From IMG/VR virus record IMGVR_UViG_3300010347_000503, positions 26,894 to 90,893 of that record: a stretch of DNA of 64,000 bases. One strand, 5' to 3'. Shown here one piece after another: positions 44,795-56,700 of this stretch. The notes beneath the pieces are model-generated. The model was not told the origin of the DNA. It saw only the letters and a list, made by a program, of their open reading frames with translations, and made no database searches. The stretch's first letter is position 1, and each line of letters starts with the position of its first letter. The position numbers and the translations under genes were made by a program. Source of the DNA: a virus (Duplodnaviria > Caudoviricetes).

Positions 44795-47700
44795 ATGAAC
44801 AGATTTGATATTCATGTACATAGTGAATATAGTAATTTAAGAATTCTTGATAGTATCAATAAAATTGATAAAATTACAAATAGAGCAATAGAAATAGGAT
44901 TAAAAGGATATTGTCTAACCGATCATGAAACATTAGCAGGACATATCCAAACTAATATAATTGCAAAAAAACTTCGTGAAACAAATCCAGATTTTAAAAT
45001 TGCATTAGGGAATGAAATTTATCTTGTTGATAAAAGAGAAAATGGTCAGCGGTATTGGCACTTCATTCTGATAGCCAAGGATGCGGAAGGTCATCGTCAG
45101 CTTAGAGAATTGTCAACCGCAGCATGGTTGAACTCATATTGGGATAGAGGTCTTGAAAGAGTTCCTACATTAAAATCTGATCTCGAAAGAATTGTAAAAA
45201 AGAATCCAGGTCATTTAATTGCAACTTCTGCTTGTATTGGCGGAGAATTAAGTGGCAATGTTTTAATTATGGAAAACGCGCGTCAGATTGGAGATAAAGA
45301 AACTGCATCTAAAGCAAAATTAGATATTATAAATTTTGTATGTTGGTGCATGAGTCTCTTTGGTAGCGACTTTTACATCGAAGCAGCTCCAGGTGCGTCC
45401 CGCGATCAAATTATCGTAAATAAAAAATTAGTTGAGATGGCACCGCAGTTTGGTTGCAAGATGGTAATTGGTTCTGATGCTCACTATCTTAAAAAAGAGG
45501 ATAGATATGTTCATGAAGCATACCTTAATAGTAAAGGTGGAGAGCGCGAGACCGCGCAGTTTTATGAATATGCTTATCTTCAAGATGAAAATGATATAAT
45601 AAAGAATTTAACTCCATCTATTGTTGATAGTTATGAAGAAATGTGTAAGAATAGTATGGAGATTTGGGATAAAATAGAATTTTATGATTTAACTCACCCA
45701 CAGGTTATTCCTAGTGTTGAAGTTAAAGATTATCCTAAAAAAGAAAATTCTGGTTTAGGTAAACAATTTCCAATTTTAAGAGAAATGTATGTCTCTGATA
45801 ATAAATATGAAAGATATTGGGTTAACGAATGTATTAATAAATTAATGAAAATTAAGAAAAATAATAATGAATATTTTGCTCGACTTGAAGAAGAAGCAGA
45901 TATAAAGAAAACAATAGGAGAAAAATTAGGAACTAATATGTTTTCTTATCCTATTACACTTCAGCATTATATTAATCTCTTTTGGGAATGCGGAAGTATG
46001 GTAGGTGCGGGACGTGGTTCAAGTTGTTCGGGACTTAATCATTATCTTCTTGGTATCACACAGCTTGACCCGATAAAGTGGGATTTACCTTTCTGGAGAT
46101 TAAGACTCTAAGAAATAGTCTCCCTATATAGTGATATATAGTATAAAAAATTTCGTGAACCTTATTACTCAAGGGTGTGTAAGAAACGATTCAGTTTTAG
46201 TAGGAAATGACTAATTAATTCTTATGCTAACCGGGAAGCCTTAGCAAGTAAAGTTGAAGGTAATCCAGTGCCAAGGCGGCAATCGCCGCAAGGTGTAACG
46301 ACTATCCGAAAGGAGTAGAGTAGAAGATGAGTTGCTACTCGAAGTGCGAAAATCTTTAAATATTTTCTTTCTACTATGGTTATTTGATAGAAAATATTTA
46401 AAGAATAAGATATAGTCTGCGCCATCAGAAATGGTGGATAACGTGATTTAAACAAAGAGAGAACCGAACTGGGTAGTCTATAGTTGATATTGCCCAGTTG
46501 TAAAAAAAGATTGTGAACCCTGCTAAGGGGTGTCGTGAAAGCGGCTAACGGTATCAGCGAAATAAGGTTTACACGAATCAGCTGACTAAGAGAGCAAGCC
46601 ACCTGAAATATGGTGAGGCATGTGATACCGTGCTAAATTTTTTCTAATAATTAAATAAAAATCAAGGTCAAAATTTTAAAAATAGTGAAATGACAGACCT
46701 TGTAAAACATTTTGATACAATTCAAGAAGCGTTAATTTGGATAGGAACTAAGCCTACTGATTACTCTGGAATTAGTAAAAGAATGAAAGAAAATAAACCT
46801 TATAAAAAATATTATTGGAAAAAAGAAGTGTAGAGACTAAATTATAGAGGAGTGGAGATAAGCACCATTCCGTAGTGCAATCTAGCAATAGATGAAGTAA
46901 ATGTTCTCAGTAATCTATTGTGAAAGAGATAGTCCATAAACGGATATTGACTTAGATTTATGTCCTTCCAAGCGCCCGTTCATTATTCAAAAGATAAAAG
47001 AAGAGCGCGGAAAAAATTTTAGAGAAGATATTGATGATTTATCTCGTAAGAATTTAGGTTGTACTCTTGTAGCAACTTTTGGTACAGAGACAACAAAGTC
47101 TACGATTCAGACAGCTTGCCGCGGATATAGAAGTGAAGAGTATCCTAATGGAATTGATAATGATATTGCGCAGTATCTATCTAGTTTGATTCCAAGTGAA
47201 AGAGGGTTCTTGTGGAGTCTTGATGAAGTTATAAATGGCAATAAAGAAAAAGATAGGCAGCCAGTAGATATTTTTATTAGAGAAGTAAATAATTATCCTG
47301 GACTTCTTGAAATAATGCAAGGTATTGAAGGGTTAATAAGTAGACGCGGAAGTCATGCATCTGGCGTTATTATGTTTGATGAAGATCCATATGAGTTTGG
47401 TTGTTTTATGAGAACACCAAGTGGAGATGTTATAACTCAGTATGATTTGCATATGTGTGAAGCAGCGGGTTAACGTAAGTCTAGCCCGATAATATCTAAT
47501 CGCCTTACCAGCGAGGTTATATAGGCAGAGAAATCGTAAGTAAAAAATACCTATATAGCTGCCGGGGAAGTCTTAGCAAGTAAAGTTGAAGATAATCCCG
47601 GGCGAAGTTGTTAAATTTGTTCAAAATAAATCTTACTTTATTAAGAGGGTAATAAAATAAGATTTATAAAAATCTTAAAAGAAAGGAGAGAAAATGTTCT

Positions 47701-50700
47701 TATATAGAATAACGAATAAAATAAATAATAAAAAATACATTGGCATTACAAATGATTATAAAAAAAGATGGAGTAATCATAAATGTAATAAAAAAATGGT
47801 AATTGGAAAAGCCATTCAGAAATATGGAGCAGATAATTTTATTTTTGAAGTTTTATTTTCTAATTTGTCTCTTGAAGAAGCGTCTAAGATAGAACAAGAA
47901 TATATAGAAAAGGAGAATACTTTAGTTCCAAATGGTTATAATGTAGCTAAAGGTGGTATGAATTTTATTCAACCTAAACTCAAAAAAAGATATGGAGAAG
48001 ATAATGGAAAAGCTGTTTTAACTAATGAAGAAGCTCAATATATAAAAAACCATAGAAACATTCCTGAATATGTATTATATGAAGAATTTTCAGATAGAAT
48101 TTCTTATAGTGCTTTTAAAGATGTTTATTTAGATAAAACATATAAAAATATAAAAACTTTAACTCCAATTTATCCGTTTAATGCAGAGTTTTCTAATCAG
48201 TTTACTTCGCAAAATAAATTAACTTATAATGAAGTAGTACAGTTAAGAAATATGTATGCAGAAGGTATTGATTGGGAACAAGCTTTTAAGCCATATGAAA
48301 ATAGATTCAAAGATAAATGGAGCTTTTGGAATATTTATTATGGTAATAAATATAAATTAGTTATGCCAGAAGTTTTTTCAGAAGAAAATAGAAAAAAACA
48401 TAGTCAAATAAAGAATAATAAAAAAGCAGGTTCTAATAATGGAAGAGCTAAATTAACAGAAGAAGATGTTTTAAATATTAGAGAACTCCACGATGAAGGA
48501 GTTAGTAATTCAGAAATCTATCAGTTGTACCCTCAAGTATCAACAACATCTGTTAGAAATATCATAAATAGAAAAACATGGACAAATATTTAACAATGTG
48601 CCTATCGACTATCTACGTTAAGTAGAGTAGGGCTGCTATTGGTACGCAGTTCGAAATGGTATTCTTATTATTTTATAATAAGTAAGATATAGTCAGTGCC
48701 ATTAGAAATAATGGATATTCACGATGACAAAGTATGACTTTCTTTTGACAGAAGTACAGGATAAAATAACTCAATGTATTAAGTTCTTACAAGAGAATGG
48801 TGAAATAGAAGATGATTTATCTTTAAGAGAAGTATATGATAAATATTTTCATCCAGATGTTTTAGACATAGAAGATAAAGCAGTATGGAAAAATGTTCAG
48901 GAAGGAAATATTTTAAATATCTTTCAATTTGATAGTGATATAGGAAGTCAAGCAGCAAAGAAAATTAAACCTAATAGTATGCTTGAGTTAGCAGATGCTA
49001 ATGGGTCAACCTTATCGGCCCAAACACACTTTTCTGGTAATCACCAGGGTATGCAAATAGCATGCTAACGGGGAAGCCTAAGTCGAAAGATATGGTAATC
49101 CCGTGGGAAATTAATGTATAAAATTGGTCAAAATAGCATAAAAAATAGGGATACAATAGAAAAAATTAATAAAGGTTATCAACAAATAGTTCAGACTTTA
49201 TACGAAGAAGAGTTCCCTATTAGAAAAAATGCTAGAAAAGGTTATACATTAAAACCTGTAGAGACTATCCCGGGTTAGACTGGGAGTACCTCCTCTATTG
49301 ATACGAGGCGGGAAATGGTGTGCTTACAATAGTAAGTAAAAGATAGTCCAGACCACAAACACTTTTAAGTGGCTAGAAATAGTAGATGGTAAGTGATGAG
49401 ATTAATGACCTCAGAAAAAGGTGCGGAAACGCCAATGGAAAAGTATATAAGATTTAAAAATAATTTAAGTCTTTGGTATGATGAAATGGCGGCAGCAGGA
49501 CTTTCTACTGATGAAATTAAAGTTCTTGAACCTTATTTTAAAAAATCTTATGGGGTTCCGCCTAGCCAAGAGCAAATGATGCAGATGTTAATGGATGAAA
49601 ATATATGTCATTTCAGTTTGAAAGATGCAAATGCAGCAAGAAAAATAGTCGGTAGACTTTAAAAACTTATAACTTGCCGACATAAAATTGGACAAAATCG
49701 GTGAAAGCTAAACTTAAATTAGTTAATGAAGATTTGAATGATTGCTTTTACTATGAAAGAAAATATTGTAGATTGCGTGATAGTTTAAATATCTAATTTA
49801 AGCAAGCTAATACCGAGGTAACTCGCCAGATTGCGAAAGGCTGGTGAGCACCGTAGAGCGTAGGTGGTGAATAAATATAATCCACCCAAGAGTGTCCAAC
49901 AACTTTAATTAGTTGAAAATGTACGCCGACCTTATAGGAAACTATAAGAAGTAAAGGATAAAAAGCCTTTACGATAACAATGTGAAGAAACAGATGTCCC
50001 GTATTCCAGAGCTTAAAGAAAAAGTTATTAGAAAAGCTAAAACTTTAAATTTAGGTCATTATGTATGGACATATGGTATCGGGCCTCAGATGGGATATTC
50101 ATTTAGCATTGTGTAAATGGTGCTTACACACTTAACCGTTTATCAGCGGGGTAATTAAAGCATTTATATATTTGGCAAATATAGCTTTAATTGCTAACGA
50201 GGGTAAAATCTCGTGACAAATTTCTTTAATAGAGGTATAGTATTTTTCAATTATACATGAGAACAAATAAACAATGTATAAGGAGAATATTATGTATTAT
50301 ATTTATAAATTTACAAATAAAACAAATGGTAAAATTTATATCGGGCAAACTAATAATATCCAAAAAAGAAAAAATGGACATAAAAGTGAATCTTTTAACG
50401 AAAAAGCTTCTGGTTATAACTTACCATTTCATGCAGCTATAAGAAAATATGGTTGGGACAATTTTAATTTTGATATTCTTGAAGAGATTGCCGATGGGGA
50501 ATCTCAAGAATATGTTGATGAAAGAGAAAATTATTTTATTCAGTATTATCATTCTTTAAAAGATGAAAATGGATATAATATTACTTTAGGTGGACAAGGA
50601 TGTAGGAGAAAACCACTAACATATGAAGAAAAATTAAATCGTTCTAAACTTTTTAAAAAAGAAGAAATTATCGATATTCAAAATCGTTTAATAAATGATG

Positions 50701-52749
50701 AAGAATATGATGATATTGAAAAAATTTATTTTCCTAAGTTAAAAAGAACGTTTTTAGTTAACATAAATACTGGAACAAATTATTTTAATGAAGAGTTTGA
50801 TTACCCTTTAAAGAAAAATTCTAAAAGTCGTTTCTCTCAAAAAGAGATTAGAGAAATAAAAGATAGAATTAAAAGCGGAGAAAAATATAAAACAATTCAA
50901 GAAGATTTTGGTATTAAGTCAGCTGGTTTTTTATCTATGATAAATACAGGAAAATATTTTTATAGTGATAAAGATAGCTATCCTCTTTGTGATAAAGGAG
51001 GTAATAAAGCTAAAAATGAAATCTGGATTCAAGGTATTATAAAAGATATTTTAGAAACAGATTTACCTTTAATAGATATAGCTAAAAAATGGAACAAAAG
51101 CTATGCAACCATTAAGAACATTAACGCAGGACGTTCTCATAAAAAAGAAAAATATAAATACCCTCTTAGAGATAATAAATAAATCTATTAAAAGAAAAAT
51201 GTTGTATCGACTATCCCGGGTTAGACTGGGAGTACTGGAACTATTGATACGTTCTGGGAAAAAGTGTGCGGATAAGAGAAAAGCCAAAATCTCACTACAA
51301 CATCCGTAAAAAATAGTCAGTAATTTAAAATTATGCATACACGCATTAGCATACTCATTCATAGGATATCAAACTGCATATTTAGCAACTCATTGGAATC
51401 CTATATATTGGGATACCGCTTGTTTAGTAGTAAATAGTGGTAGTCTTGAAGAAGATGAAGAATATGAATTAGATGATGAAGATAGCTTAAAGAAAAAAGA
51501 AAAAGGTACTAATTATGAAAAACTTGCTAAAGCTATTGGTGATATAGTAGAGGCGGGAATTGAAGTATCTTTAGTAAACATTAATACATCTGATTATGGT
51601 TTTGAACCAGATATAAAAAATAATCGTATATTGTATGGTCTTAAAGCATTAAGTAATATTAATTCTGAAACAATAGAAAAGATAAAATGCGGAAGACCAT
51701 ACATAGGAATTAAAGATTTTATGATAAGATGCCCGCTTACTAAAACCGCAATGTTTAATCTTATTAAAGCTGGAGCTTTTGATGAAGTAGAAACCGTTTT
51801 AAGTGATAGAAAAGAGATTATGGCATATTATATAATGAAGATAAGTGAGCCTAAAAGTAAGTTAAACTTAATTAATTGGCCAGGTCTTGTATCTCACGGA
51901 ATTGTTTCTAAAGAACTAGAGCTTCAAATAAGAGTTTATAATTTTAATAAATATATTAAAAGTATAAATAAGACAACTGAATATTTTATGTTAAATGATG
52001 AATGTATTCAATTTTTAGAAAAGTTTATTCCTGATGCAATGAATATAGTTCAATCTAGAGAAGCATTTGAAGGTTTCTTTATGGACAAAAAAATATGGGA
52101 TAAAATTTATCAGTCATTGATGGATCCCGCAAGAGATTGGCTTAAAGATAAACAGCAAGAAGTATTAAAAATATATAATCAAATGCTTTTTAAAGAGGTT
52201 TGGGATAAATATGCAGCAGGTAATACTTCATCTTGGGAAATGGCTGCATTATGTTATTATCATGGAGATCATGAATTAAAGAATGTAAATACATATAAAT
52301 ATAATTTAGCTAATTTTAATGAATTGCAGTCTTGTGAAGTTGAATCCTATTTTAAACGCGGAGGTGTGAAGATACCTTTGTATAAATTATATAGGATTGC
52401 TGGAACGGTTATATCTAAAAATGATAATAGACATACAGTAAGTTTACTTACAACAACAGGAGTAGTTCCAATTAAGTTCTCAAAAGACTATTATGCAATG
52501 TTCAAGCGCCAGATTAGTCAGGTACAAGTCGATGGCACAAAAAAAGTAATTGAGAAATCGTGGTTTAAACGTGGAACTATGTTGATGATAACAGGATACA
52601 GGCGAGATGATCAGTTTGTAGCTAAGACTTATAGTAGCACACAATCTCATCAACTTTATAAGATAACAGAAGTTTTAGGTGACAGTATCACACTTCAACA
52701 TGAGCGAATGACGTCTGAAGGAAGTTATGAAGAAGATTATGAAGATTAA
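44795..52749 (+). CDS. dnaE: DNA polymerase III alpha; join(44795..46100,46446..46474,46943..47470,48724..49006,49394..49653,49985..50109,51336..52749), 1314 aa
   Basis: PHP motifs HVHSEYS/TDHE/GNE; GRGSS; spliced FWRYLNKERTELGDIDLD, AAGMTKYDFL, NGLMRL, IVGKKQ, YSFSIIHALAY; all junctions in frame. Confidence 0.92.
46101..46445 (+). mobile_element. group I intron 1 of dnaE (no ORF)
   Basis: P1 GGAGAT/GTCTCC; P7 ACGACTATC/GATATAGTC; terminal G. Confidence 0.88.
46475..46942 (+). mobile_element. group I intron 2 of dnaE (degenerate ORF remnant)
   Basis: P1 ACTGGGT/GCCCAGT; GAGACTA/GAGATAGTC; lies immediately before the catalytic DID motif. Confidence 0.88.
47471..48723 (+). mobile_element. group I intron 3 of dnaE
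   Basis: P1 CGGGT/GCCCG; CGACTATC/GATATAGTC; terminal G. Confidence 0.9.
47694..48593 (+). CDS. intron-encoded GIY-YIG endonuclease
   Basis: FLYRITNKINNKKYIGIT; GYNVAKGG. Confidence 0.9.
   Translation: MFLYRITNKINNKKYIGITNDYKKRWSNHKCNKKMVIGKAIQKYGADNFIFEVLFSNLSLEEASKIEQEYIEKENTLVPNGYNVAKGGMNFIQPKLKKRYGEDNGKAVLTNEEAQYIKNHRNIPEYVLYEEFSDRISYSAFKDVYLDKTYKNIKTLTPIYPFNAEFSNQFTSQNKLTYNEVVQLRNMYAEGIDWEQAFKPYENRFKDKWSFWNIYYGNKYKLVMPEVFSEENRKKHSQIKNNKKAGSNNGRAKLTEEDVLNIRELHDEGVSNSEIYQLYPQVSTTSVRNIINRKTWTNI
49007..49393 (+). mobile_element. group I intron 4 of dnaE (no intact ORF)
   Basis: P1 TGGGT/GCCCA; GAGACTATC/AGATAGTC; ligation gives GGG TTG ATG AGA. Confidence 0.85.
49654..49984 (+). mobile_element. 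group I intron 5 of dnaE (variant P7, no ORF)
   Basis: P1 GTCGGT/GCCGAC; P7-like GCGTA/TACGC. Confidence 0.85.
50110..51335 (+). mobile_element. group I intron 6 of dnaE
   Basis: P1 AGCAT/GTGCT; CGACTATC/AATAGTC; terminal G. Confidence 0.88.
50292..51182 (+). CDS. intron-encoded GIY-YIG endonuclease
   Basis: YYIYKFTNKTNGKIYIGQT; GYNITLGG; AAGGAG RBS. Confidence 0.9.
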   Translation: MYYIYKFTNKTNGKIYIGQTNNIQKRKNGHKSESFNEKASGYNLPFHAAIRKYGWDNFNFDILEEIADGESQEYVDERENYFIQYYHSLKDENGYNITLGGQGCRRKPLTYEEKLNRSKLFKKEEIIDIQNRLINDEEYDDIEKIYFPKLKRTFLVNINTGTNYFNEEFDYPLKKNSKSRFSQKEIREIKDRIKSGEKYKTIQEDFGIKSAGFLSMINTGKYFYSDKDSYPLCDKGGNKAKNEIWIQGIIKDILETDLPLIDIAKKWNKSYATIKNINAGRSHKKEKYKYPLRDNK

Positions 52750-52804
52750 GCGGCGACCTGGCTCAGAGATCTCTGAGCCGCTTCCCGCAAAAAGGAGAAA
52801 TAAT

Positions 52805-53239
52805 ATGACAGATGCAAGATATTTTACATATAGAGATGGTAAAAATATTACTGTTCCACCTATGGATGAATTATGTTTAGCATTAAAAGATAAGTTCATT
52901 AGACAAGAAGAAATAATAGAATCTTTAAGAGAAGAAATTAAAAAGCTTAAAGATGAAAATTGGAAAGATAATGAACTTCAATCAATGAAAAAACAATATG
53001 ATAAAATGAAAGAAGACTATTATCGTGGTTTTCCTATTTCAAAAGAAGAAAAAGAAAAAATTAAAGAATGGATTAATAAGCATGAAGAGGAAAAACATCC
53101 TCGTCCAAAAATGGATTATCCTAGAGGTGGCGCTATTGGTGGATGTTATTCTTATCATTTTATTCCAACTTCTATTGGAACTTTTGGAACTATTGAATGT
53201 ACTTGTGGTGAAAAATTTACTTTTCAAGATGAAGCTTGA
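52805..53239 (+). CDS. hypothetical protein
   Basis: AAGGAG RBS supports a start at 52805; GGAIGG..CTCG. Confidence 0.7.
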   Translation: MTDARYFTYRDGKNITVPPMDELCLALKDKFIRQEEIIESLREEIKKLKDENWKDNELQSMKKQYDKMKEDYYRGFPISKEEKEKIKEWINKHEEEKHPRPKMDYPRGGAIGGCYSYHFIPTSIGTFGTIECTCGEKFTFQDEA

Positions 53240-53328
53240 GAGAAATATGCGGGCGGGTGGCAAACGCTCGTCCCGCCAATTTTAAAAGTGGTTTTGGATT
53301 TTTTAAAATTAGAAAAGGAGAATATAAA

Positions 53329-53697
53329 ATGGCAGATAAAGTAAATCATCCTAAACATTATAATCGTGAAGGTGGAATGGAATGTATTGATGAAATGATT
53401 TTAGTTTTTGGTATGGAAGCAGTTAAGTATTTTTGTTTATGTAATGCTTGGAAGTATAGATATAGGGCAGCAGATAAAAATGGTGAAGAAGATTTAAAGA
53501 AATCTGATTGGTATTTAAAAAAATATAAAGAACTTTGTGGAGAACCTATTACTATTCAAACAGTAAAGGCACCTTATCCAGTTGTAACCCCTTGCACAGA
53601 AACATGGACATTAAATGATTTTCCACCAGTAAATGATACTAAAATAGTTACAACAGATAGAACAGTATCAATTAATAAAGTTAGCAATTTAGATTAA
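53329..53697 (+). CDS. DUF3310/SaV-like phage protein
   Basis: VNHPKHY..ECID..NAWKYRYRA..KNG.EDLKK..WY. Confidence 0.8.
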   Translation: MADKVNHPKHYNREGGMECIDEMILVFGMEAVKYFCLCNAWKYRYRAADKNGEEDLKKSDWYLKKYKELCGEPITIQTVKAPYPVVTPCTETWTLNDFPPVNDTKIVTTDRTVSINKVSNLD

Positions 53698-53767
53698 TCG
53701 TTTAAATATAAAAATTATATATATTTACAAACCTTAAAATAATAATATCTAGGGAGGTAAATAAGAA

Positions 53768-56700
53768 ATGTACTATATCATTAAAAGAGATGGAGTTCGT
53801 GAAGAATTTAATCCAGAGAAAATCAAAAAAGCAGTTTTAAAAGCATTTGTTGCAGTAGACGGAGAAACTACTCAATATGCAGAAGAAAAAGCTGAAAATA
53901 TAGCACAATATATTGAAGGCTATATGGAAGGGATTCCTAATGAGCTTACTATTGATGATATTCAAACTTTAGTAGAACATGGGCTTATGAGTTGTAAAAG
54001 AAAAGATGTGGCAACCGCTTATGTTGAGTATAGACATGATAGAGACCAAGTTCGAAAATGGAATAACCATATGATGGATGTTATTAAAGAGAAACTCCAA
54101 GCTAGTAACGTACAAAACCAGAATGCTAATGTTGATGAACATAGTTTTGGTGGTAGAAAAGGCGAAGCTGATTCAGTTCTTATGAAAGAGTTTGCTCTTG
54201 ACAATTGTATGTCAGAAAAATCAAAAGCTAGACATATGAATAATGAAATTTATATTCATGACCTTGATAGTTATGCTATTGGTATGCATAACTGCTGCGC
54301 AAGAGAAACTAAATTTATTACAAAACATTCTGGAGTTCAATCTTTTGAGAACTATGAAAATGGTTCAATAGTTTCAGTATTAAGTCATGATGGTAGTTTT
54401 AATCTTGCTACTGTTAAAAATTTTGGTGTACAAAAATTAAATAAAATTACTTTCTCTTTAGCTGGTCAAAGATTTGTTACAGAAAGATTTACCACTAATC
54501 ATAGATGGATTTTAGCAGATGGCTCTGAAACAACTCAATTAAAAATAGGAGATAAACTATATAAACCTCCTATCCATATTAGAAATTTTAACTGGGAGAC
54601 TGCAACAGATAATGAAAAATATTATTGGTGTTTAGGTTTTGTTCTTGCAGATGGAACTGAAGCATATCGTTGGTCGCATGGTAAAAAATGTGAAAATATA
54701 AAATTTGTTCGTATGAGATTATGCGGAGATAAAATTAAATATGAACCTAGATTTGCTAATTTGAAACATTCAACAAAAGAAATGGAGAATGGAGATTTAT
54801 ATTTAACTTTTAGTAGTATTATAGGTTTTAGAAAAATTTTTCCAGACATTGAAAAAATGACAAGAGGAGAAAAATTAGCTTTATTTGATGGTCTTTATTG
54901 TGCAGATGGACAACAAGCAGGACATAGAAAATCAATAATGACAACAGACGAACAAATTGCAAGTTTCATTGAAGATGAGGCTCCATCATTAGGATACTTC
55001 ATTCTTAATATTAAAGACAAGACTGGTGAAAAAACAAATTATACAACCCGCGGGTTTTCTAAAGAATATACCTTTATTGGTGATGCTAATAAATATTATT
55101 GGACTGTTGTAAATATTGAAGAAGATAATGAAGAAGAAGTATGGTGTTTACAGGTAGAAGAAACACACAGTTTTGTCCTTCCAAATGGTATTACTACTGG
55201 TAATTGTCTTAGTATTCCATTTGACGATCTGCTTGCAAAAGGTTTTAATACGCGGCAGACAGATGTACGCCCAGCAAATAGTGTTAATACTGCTTTTCAG
55301 TTAGTAGCTGTAATCTTTCAGCTCCAGTCCCTGCAGCAGTTTGGAGGCGTTGCTGCGACGCACTTAGACTGGACTATGGTTCCATATGTAAGAAAATCTT
55401 TCTTTAAACATTATAAAGATGGAATGAAATATTTATGTGATGTAGATAATTGGAATTTAGATTATCTTTTAGAAGATAGTGAAGAATATCAAAATATAAC
55501 TGATATACCTATTAATGATTATAGATATTATATAAATAAAAATGATGATAGTGGAGATTATAAAAAAGTATATCAATATGCTATGGAAATGACAATCAAA
55601 GAAACCCAGCAAGCAGTCGAAGGTATGTACCACAACCTTAGGTAATTAGGGCGACTTAATAGTAATATTAAGAACATAGCTATCTAAACGGGGAAAATCT
55701 TGAAGGCAACAAGACAATCCCGTGCTAAATTTGTATCATCAAATAAATAAGGGTAGAGGTAAAACTCTTAAAGGATACCATTTAAAATATTATGATGATA
55801 CAATAAATGCCTAACGACTATCCCTATAAAACGGGGAGTAGAGTCAAGCGACTCGAAATGATAGCCCCCTCTAATAAGAGGGTGAAGATATAGTCTAATC
55901 TTTATGGTGACATAAAGAAGTTCATAAGAGAACTGCATAAGATTAGCGACCTTATGTGAATATAAATGTAATACACTACAAAGTAGAAGTGGAAATTAAC
56001 AGATTGGTTTCCCTAAAGAAGAAATTCTTTAGTAAAAAATTGAGCAAAATCGGTAAACCCTAAAAATTATTTGGACAAAAATAATTTGACATCTTAATAA
56101 AATTTTGATATAATAATGTAAATAAATACATTACAATGGAGGGTATTAAGATGGCAAAAAAGGTAAGTCCAGAAATAGAACAAGAAGTTATTAAATTATA
56201 TAATTCAGGTTTATCAATGGCTAAAGCTGGGGCATCTTACGGTATTTCAGGTGCAACAGTTATGGCAATATTAAATAGAAATAATATTCCAAAAAGAACT
56301 AAGGGTGGAATATATGCTATACCTGAACAAGAAGTTATAACAAGATATAAAAATGGAGAGAGTTGTCAAGTTATTGCGGATTCTTTTAAAGTAACTTTTC
56401 ATACAATTAGTAATATACTAGAAAAAAATAATATTGCTAGAGATAATAAATATAAAAATATTAACTTAAATGAAAATTATTTTGAAAAAATTGATAGTAG
56501 TGATAAAGCATACTTTTTGGGCTTTATGTTAACAGATGGCAATGTTTCTTTAAACGAAAATACAATTCGATTATCATTATCTTCTAAAGACGAAGAAATA
56601 TTAAATATCTTTAAAGAAAAAACAGGCAATGAAAATAAAATTTGTATTAGAGAAGATGAAAAACATAGCGAAAGAACTTTTCAATTAAGAAGTAAAAAAT

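Noticed and set aside
49681-49710. TTGGACAA as another copy of the putative late promoter
   Set aside because: It aligns with the conserved core of nrdD intron 2, so it is ribozyme sequence
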